This document shows positions 55,497 to 64,000 of a stretch of DNA of 64,000 nt, in pieces. The stretch covers positions 3,410,001 through 3,474,000 of the forward strand of contig OX337234.1 in the NCBI GenBank assembly GCA_946965045.2, written 5' to 3'. The position numbers and the translations under genes are program-made. Position 1 is the stretch's first letter. Every line of letters starts with the position of its first letter. The notes under the pieces are model-generated. The model was not told where the DNA came from and did no database searches. It saw only the letters and a list, made by a program, of their open reading frames with translations. The stretch comes from Epithemia pelagica. Its lineage: Eukaryota; Protista; Bacillariophyta.

Positions 55497-58400
55497 TTAG
55501 TACAAAATCATCTCCGCTAGTCGCTTCCTTTCTGTGCCGGTCTGAACTTTAGTCAAGAGATCGGCAAGATTTGACTTTGATGGCTCATATGCAATTCGAC
55601 ATACTCCGTTTGCGACATTTTCTCTTACGAAATGATAGGCGATTGCATTCGATTTCTTGCGGAGAATGGATTCTGGTCTGGTACTGTTCTGTACCACTGA
55701 CATATTGTCGACTCTGATGTGTGCATGACCGTCCAGAGGCACGCCCAACATCCTCAATTTGTATCTCAAACCCTTGGTCATCTCGATACCCACTTTCAGG
55801 GCCATGAACTCAGAACCAAATGTCGAAGTCTCGACACTTGTCTGCTTCTTTGAATACCAATTTACTGGTGAACGATTTAAGAAGATCAAGACTCCCGTCC
55901 TGGAACGACGAGTCACCAAATCACCCGCGTGATCAGAATCAACGAAGACAGTGATTTGCACCGGTTTACCCAATGGTTCAGGTGCATCGGGTGGGATTTC
56001 TTCCTTTGCATCGGGATAGAATCCTGACCAATCCGCCAACGGCTCCTCCCCATGGACAATATATGATGGATCCAACACCAATCTCGATCTGTCATATTGA
56101 TTGATGTAAGCGAAAACATGAAGGAGAGCATGTACATGTCCTTCTCTTGGACCAGCCAAATAAGCAGCCAACATCGAGACCTCTGTTGTTATATCGATCC
56201 TTCCGAGTTCCACCAACCATCGGAGAACTCCAATCTGTTGTTGAAAGAAAGATTGCCATTCTTGGTCACAGTAGGACGACGTGTCCAATTCAGGTCTGTA
56301 TCCAGATGGGAGTACACCTGCCACCCTTGTCTTGAGCATCATGTCCCTTTCCTCCAGCCAAATCTTTACATTACGGATGGCTTCACTGGCATATTTCTTT
56401 GAGCTCAATGCCCAACACCGTTTAGATACGTCGTTGTCGATGTCAAAAGTCTGAATTTCGTTTCCAAGGTAAATCTTGGGTGGACCTATTGAGTCCGGTT
56501 TCAATAGATAATGCTGGTCAAGCATGTTGAGGATTTCACGTCCCCTGTGCGAGATTACAAGTACATCGTCAATATAAATGAACACGAGTTCATAATATAA
56601 AGAACCATCTTGTTTCTTTGCTGGTCGCAAATACACGTCGGGATCAGCCTTGCAGGGCTTGAATCCCAACGACTCTTGTAGAGTTGTGGACAGGTGCTCT
56701 CTCCAGGCGAATGCACTGGTTTTGAGGCCATAGAGCGCCTTTGTTATTACTGCGTATCGTCCTTCGTATTCCTTTCCGAATTCGAGACCGCAGAGTGTAC
56801 AAATCCTTTCGTGACATGGAGCATTGAGGTAAGCCCCGGCTATATCTGCGGCCGTCACGTCCACTCCATTCAATGCTGCCAACATGAACCCAATTCTCAC
56901 ACTTTCCCTGGAAACAACGCTCGCATAGGTCGGTGTTTCAGGCTCTCCTGTCTTGTGTCCACCTGCAACATACCTCGCCTTTCGCGTAAAGTCCATCTTT
57001 ACGTCAAAGACGATATGGCAGGGGATGACCTTGTGACCAATGGGCTGCGGCATTCCCTCATCCAGTATCTTTACTGCTGGGAATATCTTTGACATTTCTA
57101 GTTGCAATGCCTTAGCCCAGAAATCAGTACCGGTCTCTCGGTCAATCTCCAACGCCCTTTCTACCGTTTTAGGCAGTTCGATACCGTATTTTTGTGATTT
57201 GCGAAAATATCGAGTCGATTTGGTCGCCTTGATCAGCCGATCCCGTCGCTTCAGAGCGAAAGCGACCCACCATGCAAATGCTGGTTCCTTGTCTATAAGA
57301 TTGGCTACAGCATATTCCGCGACTTCCAAGGGATTGGATTCCTTGAGATCTTGCAACTTCTCCCAAGACGTTGACCCGTCTTTCCATTCGACACACAATG
57401 ACCAACCTCTGGTTGTTCTCTTCTTATGCTCTCTCCCGTTCCAATGGAAGGTACCATCTGAGATAGAGATGGCCGATGCGTCTTTCTTGTGATCAACGAT
57501 ACTGCTCAGGAGCCGATACTTATTGCCCTCTTCGTCTAGTTGTTCGTAGATGTTTTCCGCGATAAGGTTTGCCGCGTAAGACTCCACGTGACCATCTTGA
57601 AATTCGACCTCGTACATGGTCGTGTCTAGAATAGGGTTCGTTGAAGGTCGTCCAATGAGGTTGCCGTCTGCATTTCTTTTCCTTCGCTTGACTTGCCCCT
57701 GACGCAACGATCCTCCCAAAGGTAGCATGACTTTTGCTGCAATGAGCTTGTCATAGGAATCTGTCTTGTATTGGTCTAGGTCAGGCTTCCGAACATCTTC
57801 CTGTTCATCATCCTCATATGCGTCATAAAACGGAGTATCCGTACCATCTTCATCGGGTTCTCCTTGTTCTATCGGCATTCCTTCAAATTTTGCACCCAAT
57901 ACGGCCTTTAAATTAGCGTCAAATTGTTCCCTCTGTGCTGTGAAGGTTTCATCGTGTGATTTCTCCGAAGACAGGGGCCAAACCGACGTCCTGTATACAA
58001 TTTTCCCTTTGTCAGTTAGGATTTTCGAGCTCATGGCTTGACCGACACTTCTACTAGGTCCGAGCCATCGTCCCAACTTTCGACCTTCAAACCCAGGATT
58101 GGAGTACCAAACCGGGTCGTACCACCGATGTTCCACTAGGTGGGAAATATCAGGTGTGTCCCCTGTCAATGTAGTTAGGGGTGGACCGGTATTGAATGGA
58201 CTAGTCGACAAGACTGTGTGAGATCTCCTTGCTGCCATTAGTTCAAGGCAGTGATCCCAGAGGACTGAGGGACAATTAGTCCTTCTCATTTCACGGCGAT
58301 ACATCCTTTTTAGTTCCCAAATATTGGCTTCGGCCAGATTCTGGTTAGGAGTGTATGCCTCAATTGGTTTAATCCGGCAGCTGAACTTGTGCGCAGTCTT

Positions 58401-59474
58401 CCTGAAGTTACCGCTTGTTAACTCAGGTGCATTGTCTGGTATGACACTATTAAAGATGCCATAGTCACTGAATACTCTTTCAAGTGTCTTATGTGCATCC
58501 TTCTTTCGTTGCATGGGATAGAACTCTACCCATCCAAAATCTGTCGCGTACACTTGCCCGCATGTGTTCTGACCAAGTGACTTGACGTCTGAGAAGAGGG
58601 TATCTGTGTAGACGTCCGCTCTTAATCGTCTATGCTTCAACTGATACGCTGTATGGCGTAATCTCTTGCTTCCAATGGAGTCAGTAAAGTCTCGTACTCC
58701 CAATTGCGTTGTGGCCGAACAAGTCTTCTCAGCCAATGGGATACCTATTCCCCATCTTCTTGATAGAGTCACAGGGTCCACTGTCCCCTTTCGACGATGC
58801 CTCAAATCAGCAATCGTCCTTGAGTTTACCCGAACCATTTGGGCCATCCTTTGATGCAAGTCTCTCGATTCTTTCTTTCGAACTGCATCTGTTTCTAAAT
58901 CGACACGGAGTTTCCTTTCGTCGGCGTCTGCCAAGTCATTCGGATCCCACTCCGGTGTGTCGTTAGTCATATGGATCCTGTTGCTCGGATCTATATTCTT
59001 GATTTCATCCCAAGTTGGTTTCCTTACTGTGAAGGAGCTCATTACACCAACCAAGTCGAATGGGATGACAAGATGATCGCTTTCATCTGAGAAAGGAGCT
59101 ATGATCGAATGCGAGTGACTGTTCCTGTCCTCACTCTTGATATATTTTAGAGGAACGTCATTCACTTTGACTCCTGCTTCTCTCATCTGGTTGGGGTTTA
59201 ACAAGCATTTATTCATCATCGGTAAATGGAGGGCCTGATGAAAATATAGGAGATATGTTTCATTTGATTTGGGGTCGTCATAGGCGACTACTCCATTGAT
59301 GATTGGAGTTTCTTTAATGCTCCCAAGTGAATTCGTAAAACCACTAACTTCTGCTTTGCCTGTCGTATATAGGACTTGACAGACATCTCCAAGGCAGCAA
59401 GTGTCCGCGTGACTGTCCAATTCACACGTTGCCGTCATAACCGTTATTTCACTTGCTACCGTGCTGACTGTATG
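55497..59474 (-). CDS. pol: Copia Pol (protease, integrase, RT, RNase H), in frame with gag after a single TGA
   Basis: PR ELDSHADTC; IN YTD..PDNA..LAE; RT KARYVAGGH, ADIAGAYLNA, KALYGLK, YIDD; RH FVDSDHAGDLVTRRSRTG, STFGSE, VDN, NLADLLTK. Confidence 0.93.
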   Translation of the reverse strand, partial: HTVSTVASEITVMTATCELDSHADTCCLGDVCQVLYTTGKAEVSGFTNSLGSIKETPIINGVVAYDDPKSNETYLLYFHQALHLPMMNKCLLNPNQMREAGVKVNDVPLKYIKSEDRNSHSHSIIAPFSDESDHLVIPFDLVGVMSSFTVRKPTWDEIKNIDPSNRIHMTNDTPEWDPNDLADADERKLRVDLETDAVRKKESRDLHQRMAQMVRVNSRTIADLRHRRKGTVDPVTLSRRWGIGIPLAEKTCSATTQLGVRDFTDSIGSKRLRHTAYQLKHRRLRADVYTDTLFSDVKSLGQNTCGQVYATDFGWVEFYPMQRKKDAHKTLERVFSDYGIFNSVIPDNAPELTSGNFRKTAHKFSCRIKPIEAYTPNQNLAEANIWELKRMYRREMRRTNCPSVLWDHCLELMAARRSHTVLSTSPFNTGPPLTTLTGDTPDISHLVEHRWYDPVWYSNPGFEGRKLGRWLGPSRSVGQAMSSKILTDKGKIVYRTSVWPLSSEKSHDETFTAQREQFDANLKAVLGAKFEGMPIEQGEPDEDGTDTPFYDAYEDDEQEDVRKPDLDQYKTDSYDKLIAAKVMLPLGGSLRQGQVKRRKRNADGNLIGRPSTNPILDTTMYEVEFQDGHVESYAANLIAENIYEQLDEEGNKYRLLSSIVDHKKDASAISISDGTFHWNGREHKKRTTRGWSLCVEWKDGSTSWEKLQDLKESNPLEVAEYAVANLIDKEPAFAWWVAFALKRRDRLIKATKSTRYFRKSQKYGIELPKTVERALEIDRETGTDFWAKALQLEMSKIFPAVKILDEGMPQPIGHKVIPCHIVFDVKMDFTRKARYVAGGHKTGEPETPTYASVVSRESVRIGFMLAALNGVDVTAADIAGAYLNAPCHERICTLCGLEFGKEYEGRYAVITKALYGLKTSAFAWREHLSTTLQESLGFKPCKADPDVYLRPAKKQDGSLYYELVFIYIDDVLVISHRGREILNMLDQHYLLKPDSIGPPKIYLGNEIQTFDIDNDVSKRCWALSSKKYASEAIRNVKIWLEERDMMLKTRVAGVLPSGYRPELDTSSYCDQEWQSFFQQQIGVLRWLVELGRIDITTEVSMLAAYLAGPREGHVHALLHVFAYINQYDRSRLVLDPSYIVHGEEPLADWSGFYPDAKEEIPPDAPEPLGKPVQITVFVDSDHAGDLVTRRSRTGVLIFLNRSPVNWYSKKQTSVETSTFGSEFMALKVGIEMTKGLRYKLRMLGVPLDGHAHIRVDNMSVVQNSTRPESILRKKSNAIAYHFVRENVANGVCRIAYEPSKSNLADLLTKVQTGTERKRLAEMILY

Positions 59475-60959
59475 TCAGACTCGGTCATTTCGCTTCTTTC
59501 TTTGGCTCATGATAGCACCAATGCCAGCTTCTCTATCTTCCATGGAGTCGTCTCCGTTACTTGTCAAATCTTCTGTCGTGTCTGTCGCCGACGATGAACC
59601 GTCATTGTTCTTCCTTTTCTTCTTGTTCGAGTTTACTCCTGATGCAGTACGTTTCTTAGTGCTGCTATTTTGCTTGTCTCGCGAGTCTCGAACCAATTGT
59701 TGTTGCTCAGGTGTGAGCTTTACCCATAACTTGTAAGGATAGTACTTGTTAGGGTTGTTTGGATCAAATTTGGTCGGGGTATTCTTATTGTTGCCTTTGT
59801 TGTTTTTCTTGTTGCCGCTTGATTGGACAGCGGAAATCCTGGCCCTTCTCGTTGTAGCGCTGTAGGAAACCTTGTTGTCTAGTACTTCTGCGAGATAACC
59901 TGATGCCACTTCAAACGAGATCCGGAGATTTGGGGATGCTAGGATCTGATTCTTGGCACTCTCAAGTCGCGTATCATGAATACCCGTTAGAAGAATACGG
60001 ATCTTCCTTTCTTCACTCACGAATTCTCCTGTGGATTCGAGATCAGAAAAGGCCTTCTGCAAGGACTCAATATATTTCTCGTAGGTAAAGTTACGTTTTG
60101 AGCCGTCGTAATAGTTTGTCTCCAACGTTTGGTCTGCCTTCGCTCGCAAACGAGTTTGATAGGCATCTCCAAAGTAGTGATTTCTGAGGGCTCTGTAGGC
60201 TCCTCTGCCATCCCTGTTACGGCTGTACATCTGTACCCAGCCCCATCCCGGTCCATCATGGGTTACGTGTCTGACTGCGTCCCATACTGCTTCATTGTCG
60301 GTAAGGGCTGTTGGTCCTGTGTGCGGTGCTCGTCGTATAAGCTCTTGGATAATACTTGGCCGACCATAGCCCGGATCAAGATTCAAAGGTGGTACTGTGT
60401 TGAGTGGACGAGTGTAAGCGGCCAAAGGAATGCCAGTTACTCCTCTTTTTCTTTCGAAGTAATCGTCCAAATCTTCCAGTACGGTACGGATATTTTCAAC
60501 TGCAGTCAGCTTCTTGGGTAGTTCAATGTCGTTGTTCTTGTACTCGTCTTCACTTTCCTTGAATCGATATAGGTCTTGAAGATTTGGTAGCGATGAGGAA
60601 GGTGCAGCAGGGTCAAAAGAGCGTGAGACTTTCATCAAATGATGAATGTAGTATCTCATCATCTTCAATCTCTTCTCGATTACATGGCCCACTAACACTC
60701 CTGGATTCGTAATGGTAGGGGCTATGCCGACAACCGGGTTCAACGGGTCAAAGGCTGGATTCGGAACGGTTCCTCCTGGCTTTCTTGCATTATTGCAAAT
60801 TTCGGCGACGTCTTCTTCCGTCAAGCCGAGGAAGTCACTCGCTGACAGTAAGCCCTGAGCATGCAGGGCATCGCGAACTGTTTGCTGTTGAATCTGTAAC
60901 GTATTCAACCAGTAGTCATCTAGCTCTTGGAGCAGAGCTGCGGCATCGGGTGCTGCCAT
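59475..60959 (-). CDS. gag: Copia Gag
   Basis: 494-aa ORF with RDGRGAYRAL..HYFG, YDGSKRNFTYEKY and a basic tail, upstream of pol within the LTRs. Confidence 0.85.
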   Translation of the reverse strand: MAAPDAAALLQELDDYWLNTLQIQQQTVRDALHAQGLLSASDFLGLTEEDVAEICNNARKPGGTVPNPAFDPLNPVVGIAPTITNPGVLVGHVIEKRLKMMRYYIHHLMKVSRSFDPAAPSSSLPNLQDLYRFKESEDEYKNNDIELPKKLTAVENIRTVLEDLDDYFERKRGVTGIPLAAYTRPLNTVPPLNLDPGYGRPSIIQELIRRAPHTGPTALTDNEAVWDAVRHVTHDGPGWGWVQMYSRNRDGRGAYRALRNHYFGDAYQTRLRAKADQTLETNYYDGSKRNFTYEKYIESLQKAFSDLESTGEFVSEERKIRILLTGIHDTRLESAKNQILASPNLRISFEVASGYLAEVLDNKVSYSATTRRARISAVQSSGNKKNNKGNNKNTPTKFDPNNPNKYYPYKLWVKLTPEQQQLVRDSRDKQNSSTKKRTASGVNSNKKKRKNNDGSSSATDTTEDLTSNGDDSMEDREAGIGAIMSQRKKRNDRV

Positions 60960-61379
60960 GGTTCAAAAAGATCTGTTTTGATGGACTCTCTCAGACTTTC
61001 CAGTATTCGGAACTGTGTGTGTCATGCGCACCTTACCCTCTTTCATTCATTGAAGTAGATACATGAGCGATCACCAAGGTAGAGAGCGTGCACAGCTGCA
61101 TTATCGTCCCGCGCCACATAAGTGGATAAAACGCATGGTCGCATGGCAGGCTTTTTCTTTTCAACGGCAAAGAACAGGCGCGTCCGCCATTGCCCAGAGT
61201 GTGCGCAGTAGCAGACCACACCCCTCACTAGTCCGGTCTGGCTCCGTTGCAAGTCAGATATTCAACGAGACTAGATCCTTGGGCGGATCATATGGACCTA
61301 CTTAGTCCGATCCGGATATTTCTTGACCTTCCCAGGCCATTGTGCCCTTAGCTCCTCTTCTTCTTCCTCTTCAGCTCAG

Positions 61380-61399
61380 AGTCATTGGGTCTGATAAAC
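61380..61399 (-). promoter_or_regulatory. Putative primer-binding site (half-tRNA type)
   Basis: Abuts the 5' LTR; the + strand reads GTCATTGGGT-CTGATAA-ACC, resembling a tRNA-Ile anticodon arm. Confidence 0.45.
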
Positions 61400-61511
61400 C
61401 AAAATAGCGTGGTGTGGATGTTACAAAAACATAAAGAGTGACTACTAGGCACCTCCAACTTAGAGGAGCTATCTATCGCTAAACTTTCGCTCATAAACGC
61501 GACCCTTTCTC
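61400..61511 (-). repeat. 5' LTR
   Basis: Identical to 55244-55355. Confidence 0.92.
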
Positions 61512-61516
61512 GCTTC

Positions 61517-62300
61517 AACACGATAAAAATTCAGGAGAGCGTCACTCAATTCCTGAAATTCTTTCAGCCCGCTCCTGAATTTCTGCCCAAGTCCTGAATT
61601 TCCCATTGCGAGAGCGCATGGTTCGGTCGTTTTGCAGAGTGTGATGAGATCCTTGATTTGTGCTGTGCACCTGATGTCATTGCTGGCACTCACGCTTTGC
61701 CGTTGCAATGACATTCTCACAAGCAATCTGTTGGAAAAGCAAACTCTGGAGGGTGCCACATGAGCCCAATTTGAACCCAACAGACTTTCCAAAGATCAAC
61801 CCTGCAACCTGTGGGCAGCTCTGGTGCAACTGGGGATTGACATAGTTTGACTGAGGGCACTGCAAAAAGCAAGGCAAGCTGGCATCAGCAAGAAGGACAG
61901 CACCATCCACTGCGACAGATGTGTGGAAGGCCCAGCAACCGGTGGCTTGTGAGCTTTGTGTTGGAGAGTTTTGCACCCATGGGATTTGGAATGTTGCTCC
62001 TGGGATCACAGATGAATGGCTGAGTTTGGAGGTGACCACGGCAATCAGCGCTTCATTTGGTTCAGGAGTTGGCATTGCTCTCACCAAGCCTCAACTTTGA
62101 GGTTGCCTTGGTGGAGGCGCATGTGAGTTTGTGCTCCCAGGCGTGAGGAGCCATGGACAAAGACTACAATGATTGCATCTGATCTCATTGAAGCATCATT
62201 GGCATCATGACCTCCTTGGCCAGAAGACACCTTGACCGCCAAGACAGTGGGTTAGTTCCCGCAGGACTGTGACTGCACTTATCGAAAAAACGAGATCAAG
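61517..62300 (+). pseudogene. Decayed tyrosine-recombinase (Crypton-like) transposon relic, split by the copia insertion (left part ~55131-55243)
   Basis: Residual peptides HSL..G.A/ARQAGISKKD/DRCVE/VACELCVG/PGITDEWL; the frame runs across the empty site (W-V-C-F-N-T) once the copia and one GCTTC are removed; extreme TpA depletion. Confidence 0.5.
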
Positions 62301-62462
62301 AAAATTATGAACGTCAAAATGCATCATGGTCATCCGTGCTTTACACGACAAACGCACGCGCGGGGTCGGACAGCCGATGATGCCGGCGACGTTGTGAGTA
62401 CAATAATGTCAAAAATACACGTACGTTTTAAAAAAAATGAATCCGCGAATGAAAGCGTCTTA

Positions 62463-63827
62463 GGCCGATCCTATAGCATTGACAAAACCAAACCTCGAGA
62501 GTGACGCCGGCTCTGGATTCAGTTTTGTCGGGTTTCGCCGTCCTATAGCACCGGCAAAACCAAAATCCAATTCCGCGCTGCATTCCCCCAAGGCCCCCAA
62601 CAGTCCCCATATTCACTTTGAATAGTTGAATACTAAAAGTTTTGAAAGTAGGACATCAAGCCCGCATGTTTCTTGGGGTTAGGGTGACCGTTGAAGTCGA
62701 ACGCGCGCCGCGCAAATGGTAACCGTCATTTGTCATTTCTGTAAGAGAAACATACACTAGCATAGAAAAAACACTATCCCTAATGTCATTTCGGATTATC
62801 CCTAATGGTAAAAATTGGTTTGGAGGGTTAAAAAAGGGTGCGATTGGGGGGGTACCTTTGTTCGTCCGTCATCCGAAAGGAAAAAATTGTCTCGTATTTT
62901 TTCCCAAAGCGCCAGCCGGGTGATATCGCCAGCCTCCCTTCGACCGTTCGAAATAGACGCGCCGGTCACGCCTTGTATTGCTGGCACAAGGGCCAGGAAT
63001 CGTCTCACTTTTCGAGCAACACCACAAAAGACGACCATGAGCACACCAAAAACCAAAAGAAAACCATCCAGCCGTACGAACGACCACAGTGACAACTTTA
63101 TGGCTAAAACCATCCACCTAGATCACAGGTGAAGGCGGAATACATCAAAGGAAGGATGACAACATGAAACATGATAATCAACCACTGCAATGAACAATCA
63201 ACCACTGCAATGATGAAGCGAAGGTTTGACAGCGTCATCATGGGGTATGTAAGCCCAGGAAGCAGGAAGCCTAAACTAGTAGTGGACTATGCTTTTATCT
63301 TTCCCATAGACAAAGTGCCAGGAGCTTGTGTTGATACTCCTAGAGGTGCATTGCATGTGTGTATTTCATGGTGTGTGTGTGATGATTCCGTGAAGCTTCA
63401 TCCACTACTACGTAAAGAGTACTCGCTTCTGAAACAGTATAGACTTTAGAGTACAAAATGGGCTTGTAGATTTCTCTGTGCATGTCTCGTCAAGTCTCAC
63501 GGCTCACGGTTCCTGTTTCCCATTCATGAGCGCAAGCGGCTACACAATAGGGCGAAGCCAGTTATTACAGTTGGCTGGGACGTTATAATAATGTGCTAAA
63601 TCAAAAGAAATTTGAAAGAAATAATTTTTACATTTTTAGGAAAATTTGGGAATAACCGTATGGACAGCAGACGGGAGGTACCCCCGCAATCGGAGCGAAA
63701 CCTGAGCTCAGGTTTTGTCGGAGCAAAAGTTGAAACGACAGAAAACCCGGATTTGACATCATATTTCCGGGTTTTTAGTGACGTGTCACGCTCCAGGTTT
63801 GGTTTTGTCAATGCTATAGGATCAGCC
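62463..63827. mobile_element. Non-autonomous PIF/Harbinger-type element (1365 bp)
   Basis: 43-bp TIRs 62463-62505 and 63785-63827 (40/43 match, GGC[CT]GATCCTATAGC...); TTA duplicated at 62460-62 and 63828-30; no transposase ORF. Confidence 0.85.
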
Positions 63828-64000
63828 TTAATGAGGCTCAATCGTGATGGCATGGTTCGCTTTTTTGATGGGAAAGTATGTCAGAATGATTCTTATTTTG
63901 TTTTCCAAAATCCAATTTGTTCTTTCTTTTTCAGCGAACTGAAAATATACCGATTTTGACGACTATTCCATTGCTTTTCATCGGTTTACACGAAATAGTT

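Larger units (their letters stand above)
55244..61511 (-). mobile_element. Full-length Ty1/copia LTR retrotransposon (CoDi-like)
   Basis: Identical 112-bp LTRs (55244-55355, 61400-61511); GCTTC target duplication (55239-43, 61512-16); domain order gag-PR-IN-RT-RH. Confidence 0.93.

Noticed and set aside
61297-61312. cctacttagtccgatcc resembling the MITE TIR
   Set aside because: Too short and gapped to exceed chance.
1-64000. CRISPR arrays, rRNA, intact tRNA genes
   Set aside because: None seen; the tandem repeats are microsatellites or coding repeats.

Overview
Eukaryotic nuclear DNA, most likely a pennate diatom (inferred from short GT-AG introns, microsatellite-rich genes and diatom-type families such as DUF1501 and cyclase-PDE fusions). 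The left ~43 kb is genic: a DUF1501 protein, an internally deleted nucleotide cyclase/phosphodiesterase, a large mucin-like P/T/S protein, a mitochondrial AMP-binding-like protein, a glycosylation cluster (three GT7, one GT8-like plus a fragment, two broken sulfotransferases), two CRAL-TRIO-like/bZIP genes, a low-complexity protein and an ABCC transporter. The right ~20 kb is a transposon nest: a PD-(D/E)XK nuclease-like gene, an intact Ngaro-type tyrosine-recombinase retrotransposon (A1...B1-A2-B2 repeats), a MITE, an intact Ty1/copia element with identical but non-TG..CA LTRs inserted into a decayed recombinase relic almost devoid of TpA, and a Harbinger-type non-autonomous element. Top signal: in both unrelated retrotransposons, gag and pol are in frame and separated by one UGA followed by CAU and then an 11-bp long-range stem, suggesting a shared programmed stop-codon readthrough signal. 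Second: near-total TpA loss in the old relic, suggesting repeat-directed hypermutation. All domain calls come from motif recognition by eye; no database searches were run.
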